NCBI GenBank assembly: GCA_024704765.1
Contig: JAKMXF010000199.1
Span: forward strand, 620,605 to 684,604
DNA from: Oopsacas minuta
Lineage: Eukaryota > Animalia > Porifera
Length of the DNA: 64,000 bases
Direction of reading: 5' to 3'
Below the pieces are notes generated by a model. The model was not told the origin of the DNA, ran no database searches, and saw only the letters and a list, made by a program, of their open reading frames with translations. The position numbers and the translations under genes are program-made. The number at the start of each line of letters is the position of its first letter. Position 1 is the first letter of the stretch. Below are positions 28,034 through 39,689 of the stretch, one piece after another.

Positions 28034-28977
28034 TTAGACAACTGGATATTGTTTCCTTATTTCCATGATAAGGTTGGAGAAACTAGCTTCTCCATATTTC
28101 TTCTGCCAACAAACTTCAGATAAGTGGGTATCTAATAGTATGGGGTTAGTAGTCATGCAATTTCTCAGTCATTTCTTCGCACCACCCCATGTACTCTCAA
28201 CTGTTTGCGTATGTACACCTGTAGTAGGGTCAACAAAATTGAGACTATGGTTGGCGGTGAGATGCTGAAAACTTGCAGCGGGGATAGAATTATACGATGC
28301 CCATTCGTCAGAAAGTATGGTAGTGCCCGAAGAATATATCACTGGATGAGAGGGACTAATGTTGCAGCCGACCTGTCTTGAACAGGTATCATAAAGATAT
28401 CTTTTGTCTCTCCATCTATTCCTCCAAATACCCATTGACCTGATAGCATACGACCTCTTGAATACTTTCGATGTCCAAACTTTGATTCATCTATTTCTAC
28501 AATATGCCCAGGCCCTCCAATTGGTTGAGGATTGACTAAGAATTCTTCAACACATAGGTCTCTGACGAAGTTCTTCCAGTCTGTTATAGTATGCTCTCCC
28601 CACCCCAGATTCTTGTGTAAAAAGGCAGTAGTTTGAAGATTATCGGCCCAGAAATAGAGAAATCCTACCAACTCAGTTAACGGTATATGAGCATCTTCAA
28701 AGAATGAGCCAATCCTCATCGAAGCGAATTTCTTGCATGACTTTTCCGGGCACCTCCACCCCTTTCCATCTGCAATACCTGAAAATGTTCCGGGTCTCAT
28801 AATTCTACCGCATTTGCACATCATCCCGGTAGCTAAAAGTCCGTTACTTTTGAGCCATGCTATACAAGTATCTTCATCAATAATGATATTACGAAAAAGT
28901 TGTTTTAAGGTCATTTCTTCAATAACTGGAAATATTGTAGGAACCAGCAGAGGTTGAAACGATGGAGCAACTGCCAT
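28034..28977 (-). pseudogene. Merlin transposase, inactivated by in-frame stops and a frameshift
   Basis: PIGGPGHIVEIDESKFGHRKYSRGR, WVFGGID, DRSAATLVPLI, GTTILSDEWASY, NHSLNFVDPTTGVHTQTVESTW, LDTHLSEVCW. TGA after PLIQ plus a 1-nt frameshift near 28330, and a stop after GGAKK. Confidence 0.93.
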
Positions 28978-30475
28978 TAAGGGTTTTATAATAGAAATAT
29001 CACAACTCGAATAATTAGGATTTGTTAGTTATATTTCCCTGATATTCCTTTTATACTTGACTTAAGATTGATCGAAATACATTGTATGATCGTTTGGAAT
29101 GTATTCTTTAAGTATAGGTAATAATTACATGTGGTTTGCATGCCACTTTCCTAAACCATTTGTTGTTCAACTCAGTAACCAGCAAACAGCATTCCAATTA
29201 TACTAAATTTTGTATGTAATAGATACTGGTATAACTATGAACACATCAACAAATCTATACAATAGAAATTACATCTGAAACCACATATTTTTACCACACT
29301 TCTCATGTTTAATCTCAAACATATTTACCATATTTTAGGTGATTGTTGGTTGTAAAAAAAATTTATGTAAATAATCCTATAATCAAATAACTTTCTCATT
29401 CGGATCGTTATATTGTCTTCCGATAACAATAACTAGTAAATGAATTTGATTTGGCCACATTGATCTCAAATTAAGCGATGTACCTAGTACGTAGCTTATT
29501 ACAACTTCCTAAATCAAGAGAAAATCGTCTTGAGTGAGTTACTAATTCCGCTCGATTACCTAAATTTGTCCTAATTAAGTGGAGTTGACTGTCTAATAAT
29601 ACTGGCATTGTAGGGACGTAGGAATCACAAACTTACTGTTGCAGCATTCATCACATCTCACCATTAATATACATTGCTAATTATTGGTTCGGAGCGACCG
29701 CCGAACCTGTTACACGACCCCATAAGGCCCAGTACTGTAAACTTCCGTTATAAGCTAACATCAATTATATGACTAAACTCACGCTATAACAAAGTGATTC
29801 ACAAACCTCCTCCAGCTTGAAAGTATTGATCTTACTCCGCATATATCCTAATGCTGCAGATCACGAAATGTAGCCGGGTTCCGTACCAGTCCAGAACACT
29901 TCGTTATAATGAGAATGTGTTGCAGTTACAAACTGATTACACTTGCTCAAGTTTATCTATAATAGACATTTGACCCCGCACATTTGGTTCAGGCAAGAAA
30001 TACCACCCGTATTATATTAGCTATCCAAAACTTGATACTTTTGCTCTGCACTGGCTAAACATTATCGGGATATTACAGGGCAAGTGTCAACCCCACACTT
30101 ACCAACATGAGTGAAGATAAAATGCGGGACAGAAGGGGCTAATTGAGCGGGACATCGTCGGATGCAGCATATTTGTATTAGACTGGACTACAAAATAGAT
30201 GGACAATTAAGGGTTTTGTCAAGTTTTGGCTGGACATTAGCCTCATTGGCAGTCAACACATATTCGAGGCGAGTAATCGTGGTGTCCCGCCAACCAACGG
30301 AACAGTTGGCAAGTATGGTACGTTTGAACGACTTCACATACAGGATGCAATTTAGTTGCATGCATAATATGAAATGAAATGTTGCATTGTATATTTAGGG
30401 TTGCAGACAGAATTATGTAATAACCAGCTTTCCTTTAAAGTAACAAGAATTACCTGCAGTGAAATACACTGAATA

Positions 30476-31811
30476 ACGGGTGAGCACTAAAAAATTAGAC
30501 AAATATTATCTTGTTTGAGCATGTATCAATTATCAACAGAGTATTGTATAATTCGATCATATTTGTTTAGTTACATTTTAATTTAGCTAGAACTCAATGG
30601 ATCGCTGCTAATGGGCCATTGTCTGCAGATTTTCGGATATTCTTCTTGACACTTGAAAATAGCATTTGGACAATTGAAAATTCCACTTGCCTGATTGATT
30701 TCCGAATCCTTTGCTTCAACATTCTGAAGGATTTAGCTTCCCACCCACCTTCATAAACTTTGGATTTCAAATAACCCCAGAAATCCTCAATTGGCCTTAA
30801 TTGAGGTGTATTAGGAGGGTTAGCAGATTTTGGAATATATGGGATATTTAGATCTTCAAAAAGTTTAAGCGTATCTTTCGCATAATGGCTACTTGCTAGA
30901 TCAGGCCAGAAGTAATATTTACCCTCATCATGAAACTTTTCTAAGAAAGGAATTAGATGCTTTTTTATGCATTGATTTCGGTAAATTTCGCCAGTAATTG
31001 AAAGATTCCGAGGACATAAGTATGGCTCTGATATGCCTTCTTTAGAAATTGCTAACCAAATTAAGAGTTTAGGTGGGTACTTGGATTTACGAATATAACT
31101 GATTCTAGGATTCAGAGACTTGGCTGAGAGAGATTCTGAAATATAATAACCCTTATTGACATTGATATTATCATCCTTTAGTCCGAAATACGATTCGTCA
31201 TCCATTACAATTTGAGTTGTGCTTGATGGGGGAAAAAGTCTCTCCGTAATTTTAGACACCTGGACTTAGCCCTCAATTCTTGTTCGGGTTTGCTATCTGG
31301 GACTCGCTTACGTTTACGATATGTAGCACCATTCTCTTTGATAATCTTACGAACATATGATTGAGAGATATCGAATTTTCGAGCCATTTTTCTGGTGGAG
31401 ACTCCTACTTTATTGCTAATTTTGCACAAGAGAGATCGCCGGAGCCTCTTGGGCATTTTGACAGACTTGCGACCGCTACCCAACTTCCTGTTTAGGGTTC
31501 CTCTATTCTTGATAGTAGAAATGATGTTGTAGATAGTAGATCTTGCGATTCCAAACGCCAAAAAATGCTTAACTGTATAAGAAATCCCATGGTCATAATT
31601 TTTACGAAAAAATTGTCCAATAATGTGTCGCCGTTGTGTCACTTTCAAATGATCCATCTCCAGATGCTATGTTCTAAAATAATCGAAAAATGGTTTGAAT
31701 TTGAAATCTATATACAAATACTGCATTGGTGAACAAAGATTTATGAATTTGTAAATATCTCGTTGTTATGGTGGACTATAAAATATGTCTAAAATTTTAG
31801 TGCTCACCCGT
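30476..31811 (-). mobile_element. ITmD37E (DD37E) Tc1/mariner-superfamily element inserted in the Merlin right TIR
   Basis: TA TSD (30474-75, 31812-13). TIR ACGGGTGAGCACTAAAA. ORFs 31205-31657 and 30594-31259 (one frameshift) contain DDESYF, WPDLASSHY and NPPNTPQLRPIE, with exactly 37 residues between the second D and E. Confidence 0.95.
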
Positions 31812-32197
31812 TAGCAAACAAATGAGCATGAAAGAGTAGAGTAACAAGCGTGTATAACCGCAATATCAACAGTATGAGCATTCCTATGGTAATTGAATGT
31901 ATAAATCAATACAATTTGACTATAGTGAGTAATACAATTTTTCCCATAGGATTTGGCTTAGGGAGTAAATTTTTCGTAACTTTGTCAATTTTAATCCGAT
32001 TTGGATTTCTTTAGCTCTATCAACTTCTCTCAACGAGTTTTGAACGGTGCATATAGGGATTTTTGACCACATTAAAAAAGTTGGGGGTGTAAGATTCTGC
32101 AATTGTACCAAATTTCTTTGGGAGACTTCGTCTCGGCCTTTTCTATTAACCGAAAAGACCGGGAGAATGTGTTATTTTATGAGGTCAAACAATCTCG

Positions 32198-32202
32198 ATT
32201 GG
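32198..32202 (-). promoter_or_regulatory. Possible inverted CCAAT box upstream of TFIIB
   Basis: ATTGG about 146 bp upstream of the ATG, in the short interval between the Merlin end and the gene. A 5-mer can occur by chance. Confidence 0.2.
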
Positions 32203-32347
32203 TATGTTGCAAAATTTTAATGTTCCTTATCGTACGAACGTTACACTTCGGCCTTAATCGGTTAAGTAGCCGTGAGTGGAATTTATTAACGAAAATCCGC
32301 ATTTCTAATTTTTGATCTCTAGTTTAGCTATCCTTTTGAACATTATT

Positions 32348-33304
32348 ATGGCATGTCAGGGATCTCAAAGTGATAAGCTCTCTTGCCCTCAGCACCCTAA
32401 TGCAATATTAGTAGAAGATTATAGAGCTGGAGATATGATCTGTCCTCTCTGTGGTATGGTTATAGGAGACAGAGTTGTGGATGTTGGAACAGAGTGGCGC
32501 ACTTTCACTGGTGATCTTGGAGTGAAAGATCGTTCACGTGTTGGCGCTGCCGAAAGTAGTTTACTCAAAAGTGGCGGGGAACTTACGACTGTTATGGATA
32601 TTTCTTATGGCCAGAACGAGCAGTACGCATCATGGGCTATTAATTCAAATAGTGCAGGAGCCACAGATAAAGGTTTGAAAAATGGCCTAAGGGAAATTTC
32701 AATTATGGCGGATCGTATACGTCTCCCTAAAGTTATTATTGATCAGGCACAAACTCTCTTTCACCAAGTTCATGATGAAAAATTAATCAGAGGTCGCTCA
32801 TATGATGCGGTTGCAGCTGCATGTTTATTTATTGCATGTAGACAGGAAGATGTCCCGCGTTCGTTTAAAGAGATTTGTAGTATATCTCGTTTTAACAAGA
32901 AAGATATTGGCCGTTGCTTTAAGCATCTCAAACGTGTTTTGCCCCAATTTGCCCAACCAGGTAGCAATGCTCCAGCTAATAGTCCAGAAAAATTCATGTC
33001 ACGTTTTTGTTCTAATCTAGGTCTTCCCAGCAATGTTGAAAAGATGGCCACACATATTGCCCAAAGCGCTGAAAAAAGGAATATAGCTCCTGGTAGAGTC
33101 TACCTTTCCATATATGCAACTGCCATTTATATGGCTGCAATAGTCACAGGATTTAAAAAATCTGTAAAAGAAATACATGATGCTGTGGGTGTTGCTGAAG
33201 GAACAATTCGCCATATATATAAGGAAGTTTACCGTCATAGGGTAGACATTTTCCCTGATTCAATTCAATTTAAAGAAGCAGTAATTAATTTACCCTTACC
33301 CTAA
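32348..33304 (+). CDS. GTF2B: General transcription initiation factor IIB, intronless, 318 aa
   Basis: Zn ribbon CPQHP...VEDYRAGDMICPLCG, B-reader DVGTEWRTF, SRVG, cyclin repeat 1 GRSYDAVAAACLFIACRQEDVPRSFKEIC...KKDIGRCFK, repeat 2 FMSRFCSNLGLP...GVAEGTIR. The first ATG is at 32348; the track's 32312 start is a TTG. Confidence 0.97.
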   Translation: MACQGSQSDKLSCPQHPNAILVEDYRAGDMICPLCGMVIGDRVVDVGTEWRTFTGDLGVKDRSRVGAAESSLLKSGGELTTVMDISYGQNEQYASWAINSNSAGATDKGLKNGLREISIMADRIRLPKVIIDQAQTLFHQVHDEKLIRGRSYDAVAAACLFIACRQEDVPRSFKEICSISRFNKKDIGRCFKHLKRVLPQFAQPGSNAPANSPEKFMSRFCSNLGLPSNVEKMATHIAQSAEKRNIAPGRVYLSIYATAIYMAAIVTGFKKSVKEIHDAVGVAEGTIRHIYKEVYRHRVDIFPDSIQFKEAVINLPLP

Positions 33305-36300
33305 TAGAAAATCTTTTTTTCTACTTATTTATTCTTTTTACCTGTTTTGTGAATATTATGAAGTTTTATCTACAGTATTCTAACTTCAATTGAATTTGGA
33401 ATTTGATTTTTCCCTATCATAGTTAACAGAATAAATTCATGTGATGGAAATTTACACGATTTTGCAGCTTATCGTTTTCATATACTTGAAATTCTCTCCT
33501 TTGAGAATGTATATAATTACATGAAATTGTCGCGAATATATTTTTGAAAATAATTCAATTCTTTTTCCACCTCCGCACTTCGCTTCCAACGTCGCTGCCC
33601 GACAGGCAGCTTACTGTGGTTTGCACGTTAGGAATTGATTGAAGAAGCTAGAATACCATTAAGTTTCTTCAATCAATTCCTAACATACAAACTAGGGGTT
33701 ATCCAGTAATTTCTGGCTGCGGCACTTTTCTTGCAAGGGCTCGCCTGACACGGCACTTTTGTGTACCGTAACAATTTGATACTATACAAATTTGAATCTT
33801 GCGGTCGGCACCTTTATGGTCGCTGAACTGTTACTTCTAGGTGCCCGCTAAGCACCTAGATAATACCTTGAATTGCAAACATATATACAGATTAATTGTG
33901 TTTTAATAGTATTAATCGTTGGTTCCCAATCGGACGGAATTAAGCTATTGGTTGGGATAAATGTAGGCATCTCAAAGGGGTCGTGAGTCTCACGATTTCG
34001 GGCCTACAAATACTGCATAATCCCTGGTCTTTCCATTAGAAAACTATCAGGTTGTCCTACCTTCGTACAGTACCTCGTCGAGGATTTTTGACCGCGGAGT
34101 GATTAGAATTTGGCGAAACCCGAGAATTTAAAGAACATCCGTAACTATACTCCCCAGAATTCTTAAATAAGAAAGAATTAGTCATTATGTTATGAAATGT
34201 ATTGGCATATTTCTATTATAGCACAACTAAGTTTATATGCCATGCTCTTCATTATAAAGTGAACATCTTATTTGTGTATTTATGAACAATTCTGGTAATA
34301 GCTGAAATTTATACCTCTTGTCCTCTACATTTGCTTTAACAAAGGGGTTCTGAACCTTTTTACCTTCGTGGCCAATCTATGTTGCTGCAGATAAACCCTT
34401 GGCCAACTACATTACTATGACAATACAATTTACTAATGATGCTTTATTTACTAGTAATTATCAAGAATCATTGAGAATAGGTATTGTAAATATAGATTAA
34501 GGAATTCTGTCACGAAATTCTATTATTCCCCACTAAAATCCAGGATATAATACTAACAATATCATATTCACTCATGTTATTAGTATGAATCATCTTCCTT
34601 ATGCTACTAGATAGTTTATACTACATCACATAAGTTATATCCTACCATGGCTATATTCTACATAAATTTAATTTATCATAAATATTCACGGTATTTAATA
34701 TTTTCTTAGTTTTAATAACTTTCGCAAATTTTTCCTCGTGAAGGTTTCTGCCTAACGCACCTATTCTTTATTATACCTCAACTGTAATTATGCGTTGTAA
34801 TCGAAGACACCATTTTGTTTAACTCATCTTGCTTATTCTTAATTTTAGGAAGTATAATAAGGATATGACTCATAAGCGTGCTATAATTATGGTTTATATA
34901 GATTTTTTACATATTTACGTTATCTCCTTTATTAAGATATATTATTTAAAGGCCCTATGATGTTGTCAATAGTATTGTTTCTTAAAATATAATTGTTGAC
35001 TACACTGATTTGAACTCCCTTTTACAAAAATATTTTAATTATCATTCACAGTAATTGAAAATGAAAATCTCACTCAAAGTATTTATATTTTCTCTAATTT
35101 AATGTTCTTATCCATAGTACAAATAATGTTAAATATATTTTCTAAAGTTATGGTTGTATTTAGTAACATAATTATTTAAGGAATTGTTGAGTACTAAGAG
35201 CATAGCAATTTCCAACCCGTAGTCCCCCTTGATGGTCCACGGACAACAGCAGAGGCCACGAGATCTATTGCAGTGCATGGAAGGGAGTGCACAGAATGTG
35301 TTAAAGTAAAATTTGGAGGTTCATGGGTGAAACAGGTAGTACATTTATTCATTGTGTGTGCGGAAGTCCCTGGCTTCCTAGTTTGTGAGCAACAGTGGCT
35401 AATACTCTGGGACATCCAGTATATCTCGATTCTTGCTCCGTTTATGCTACGAGTTTATTGTCATATTGCTGACCCATGAGTAGAATTACGCATGCTCAGT
35501 GTTCTCAACTCTCACAACTTAGGACCAACAAAGGTTCTAAGGGTGGGATGGTTGACAAACGGGACACTATTAGCCTAGGGTTTGAGAATCCTACCCCGGC
35601 CTGGCAGTTCCAGGATTTGTATGCCAAATCCCAGAACCCCCTCAATGGGGGCAAATCAATGTTTCATGAATTAGAGGGAGGCATAGTTTGTAGTTAAAGT
35701 GCATATCATGACCATAGCTCGGGGGGGTATTTTTCCGCCCTCAAATCATCTAGATAAAACTCTACCTCTGTCTACCAATATTACAGAATCCCTAATCTTT
35801 TCACAGAAAATAATACTTAAGTGTACATCTCACGATAGAATGGTTATATTTTTGAAGAATCTCACGATTCGAAAGGTTTCCAGGTTGAGTGCCCTGCATA
35901 CTTCCCAACCAAATCCCAAACCCACAATACTGACATTTCTTAGTTTTTGGAGGGAACTATCACAGGAGAATCGGAACGAATAGGAGGAATCTTAGCGCCA
36001 ATGTTGAGACTGTGGCAAGTGCAAATATGGGATTATGATTATTTGAATTTACAAGAGATTGTGTATCTGATCCTCAATTAGAAACTTTGCATTGTCTCAG
36101 ATGACGGCCAGTGATTCATCTAGTCCAAATTATGAAGAACATGTCCTCAAAGACCCGGTGATTTTACCTCTGGCCCCGACTCCAGGAATCAGATGTAGAA
36201 CATATTTCCTTACCTTCAGTGACAGCCCTGGATACCACCTCACCTCCTGTACCTCCCATGGATACCCCCATACATGTAGGCTCCTTTCTACCGGAATCTA

Positions 36301-36513
36301 CCACTTCTGAGGCACCAATTATGGTCAATCCAAACTATCCAGGGTAGGGATGTCCTGCTCTAATTATAAGTATGGGAGCGGTAATTCAAATCTCAATTTC
36401 AATTGAATATATCCTAATTTCTAATACAAAATTCAAGCAATATACCGTAATTGAATTAATAAGATAAGTATGAGTAATATCAAAGGTTTAGTAGTAAATC
36501 TGAAAATAGAGTT

Positions 36514-36830
36514 CTAACAAGTGATTGAGTACCCAAAATTATTTAACCAATAATACTGCCAAATTTCTTCGTGTTTATGGGGCTCAGAAATTTTGGATTT
36601 CAATCCATGGATCTCTGTTGCTGAATTATGGTGCAAGAGCCAAGATTTAGAATATTCCAATGGTCTCCAACTAGTCAGTGGTGGACCATTAAGCTGGATA
36701 AACAGCAAAGAAGAGACGTGTTCTATTGTAAGCCGGTTTCGTTTCTCATCCAATATGATATTCATTTAACTGAACCCCCTTTCGCATTCAGATGAGTTGC
36801 ATGGAATAACTTCTACGATATATTCACGGC
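36514..36830 (-). pseudogene. 3' fragment of a ZNF862-like hAT transposase
   Basis: IPCNSSECERGFS*MNIILDEKRNRLTIEHVSSLLFIQLNGPP (hAT dimerisation domain). Truncated just left of the Chapaev3 element. Confidence 0.8.
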
Positions 36831-36871
36831 GCTATAAAGTAAACATTTGCTCTCTCAACTCGACTTAATTA

Positions 36872-39401
36872 CACTACGTAACCCAAATTTTGTTTGGCTT
36901 CAATTTTTGATGTCCCCTTATGTTTTTTGGGTCGCTGAAATCAAAAATCGTGTTAGTTTTTCCATATCATCAATGCTTTTTGGCGTATTTACACTTTTTG
37001 CTTTTTCGGAACAAGTTGTGTTGTTCATTATATGCAAATTTACTTACAGCTCTTGTAATAGATTTAAACACGTAGTGATGTGTTGATAAGTTAATTTGAT
37101 TATGAAAATCACTACCAAACTGTACATTGCTGATTACAAGTCCTAAAGAAAACAAAACGTACTCATGTTAGAGAGTTAAAATACTTCAAAAATGAACTGT
37201 TGAACGAGCTTTTCTTTTGTGACCAGAAATGTCTTCCCTTATCAAAAACCACATGTAATCGCCCATCATTGCACTGTCCCAGCGGCCCTGATACAGTCTT
37301 TCCATTAGCTGAATGTCTTGGTGAAATCTCTCGCCATGTTCCACGCTGAAATCCCCCAAATTTTCTTGAAAGAAGTCAAGATGAGAGCATAGAAAATGAA
37401 GTTCCAACGACATGCGACATCCCATCTTTTGGTAGCTTGTGCTCAGAGTATTCACTATCTCTTCATAATTAGGATCTTTGTTATTTCCTAAAAAGCCATT
37501 AACTACATCTCGAAATGCCTGCCATGTTTTTCTTTCTGTTTCGGTCATTTTATTCTCCAGGGTTCTTGACTTTAATATGGTGGTTATTTGGGGGCCAACA
37601 AATATTCCTCCCTTTAGTTTATCATCTGATAATTTTGGAAACATTGCACGGATTTCTTGAAAAGCTTCTCCTTCAAAATCCAAAGCTTTAACAAATTGCT
37701 TTACTAAACCTAGCTTTATATGAAGAGGTGGTAGTAAAACTTTTTCCCGGCATACAAGTGGCTCTTTGATGACATTGTACTTTCCTGGCATTAATTCTTT
37801 TCTTGGCAGCCATTGAATCTTCTTGTAGTGCTCTCCATCAGCTCTGCTGTTCCACAAGCAAAGAAAACATGAGTATTTGGTGTAACCACCCTGCAGTCCC
37901 AACAAAAACCCTAACATCTTAAAATCACCACAGAGCTGCCAGTTAAATTCAGCATAGTTTATTTTAAGCAGTAGTTGCTTGACATTTTCATTGTCTTCTT
38001 TCATTTGTATTGAATAAGCAAGTGGAATTGACGGATATTTGTTCCCCTTATGAAGTAAAACTCTTTTAAGACTTTTGGTGGAACTGTCAATAAAAAGTCG
38101 CCACTGAGAAGGGTCATGTTCAATTCCATCAGCATCAAACAAACCATTCACATCTTTGCAATAGCACAGATCGTGTATTACATCAAAGTAAACAGAATAG
38201 TCCAAGTGCCTCCTCCTGTAAGCAGTTATTTTGCAATCATCACGCAGCAAGTTCCACTCGCTTAATCTTGACGTCAATAGCTCTGCTGCAGATTTTGTTA
38301 GTTGCAGATCTCGTATTAAGTCATCTAATTCTCTCCTAGAAGGATAATGACGATCTGCACTTGTTGATTGGAGATACTCCAACTCAAATGACAAGAATAA
38401 AATATAAGATGCAGATTGTGGGTCATCCTTACAGCATATAAGCTAGCGTAGCCTTATATTATAAAACATAAAACTACTTACATTTGCTGGTGGTTTTGGA
38501 ACTGGTAAAGTTTCACTGTGAGGAACAGGTGCAATGGATGAAGGTGTACTTGGATAAGTCAGTGCTCTTCTTCCCTTAACATTGAGGTACTAAGCAATAT
38601 TTATCATACAAAAGTAACACTCATAATGATGGTTTTGTGGCTCTCTCCAAACTCTTGGAATAGCTAATGGCATAACTCTAGCGGGACCCCTCAACCAACC
38701 TTCAAGGTTAGATCGACAGCTGCCACAAATTACATGTTAGGCCCAGGCCTTTTCCTGATCCCCAATGGACCTCCCAAAATACAGTCTATACGCTTCCCAA
38801 TACTTAGCTTCTTTTGATATTTTATTTGTAACATGTTTGTCACCAACATGATATCCACAAACATAGCAAAATGAGTAGGGTGAATTCTTGCATTGTCTAC
38901 TAGCCATTGCAATTTCTAATTTTGAAAACACTAACTTAACGTAACAACCAGCAAGTTATTTCTGCCTCTCTGCTAAAGGCAGTTATACTTATGCTTATAC
39001 TAGCTGCTGGTAGCTCATAGTATTAATATAAGTAAATACTTTCCAAGTGAAGGTACTGTATAGCAAATAAACTATACATAAGAACGAAATTTCTAAGTTT
39101 TGCAATCCTACCCCAGCCTGGAATTCTGATGCTGTTTAAGCTGTGCATTCGCAAACACTTTAAGTGTCTCCCAGAGCTTAAAAAGACAAGAGACAGTGAA
39201 GAGATTGCAAAATGTTTGTCATCTTTATTGTTATAGCACAAAAGATTTTGATTGTGACGTACGTTTTTGCTGGGTTGGCTAAGCGTGTAACCTGCTCATA
39301 TAAATAGGCTTCCTGAAAGTTAACAATCGATGATAGAAAAAAGCTAATTGCATTTTCGGAATCAGCGCCTCAAATTACCCATAAAAATTTGTTACGTCGT
39401 G
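36872..39401 (-). mobile_element. Chapaev3-type (CMC superfamily) element, 2530 bp; transposase N-terminus frameshifted, 402-aa core ORF open
   Basis: Termini CACTACGTAAC / CACGACGTAAC (10/11) with 3-bp TTA TSD. N-terminal CKNSPYSFCYVCG...PRVWREP...CYFC. Core 37186-38394 has WRLFIDSS, CGDFKM, YSCFLCLW, LPPLHIKLGL, LHFLCSHLDFF and EHGERFHQDI. Confidence 0.88.
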
Positions 39402-39689
39402 TTAAATTTGGAACAAATTTCAATTGAATTCGAATATTGATTGTATGCTACTGTAGATATCAGGTGCACAAATTCAGTAACTTGTGAAGTAATTGTTACT
39501 TGCCAATTTGATTTGTTAAAAAAGTATGGCAGCGGCACTCCCATTACCTGAAAAACTATGGGAGCGGCGCTCCCATCCGCTCCCACAGCAGGACACCACC
39601 GATCCAGGGATTTCTCAAGCATTCTCCTCTCTTGGCTTTTCACCTGTAGTTAGATTTCAAGAATCTGACTTCATATTTTCCTGAAGCCC

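Larger units (their letters stand above)
27188..32109 (-). mobile_element. Merlin (IS1595/ISXO2-like) element with ~410-bp TIRs and 8-bp TSD
   Basis: Termini GGTACAATT.../...AATTGTACC flanked by direct repeat AAATTTCT (27180-27187, 32110-32117). Left TIR 27188-27597. Right TIR 30366-30475 plus 31814-32109 (split by an insertion). Encloses a Merlin transposase. Confidence 0.93.

Noticed and set aside
32312-32347. 12-codon N-terminal extension of TFIIB in the ORF track
   Set aside because: It starts at TTG. Eukaryotic initiation at the ATG at 32348 gives a canonical-length TFIIB.
35194-36350. Short ORFs and a Pro/Ser-rich frame suggestive of an LTR pol tail
   Set aside because: No protease, RT, RNase H or integrase motif could be identified, and no LTRs were seen.
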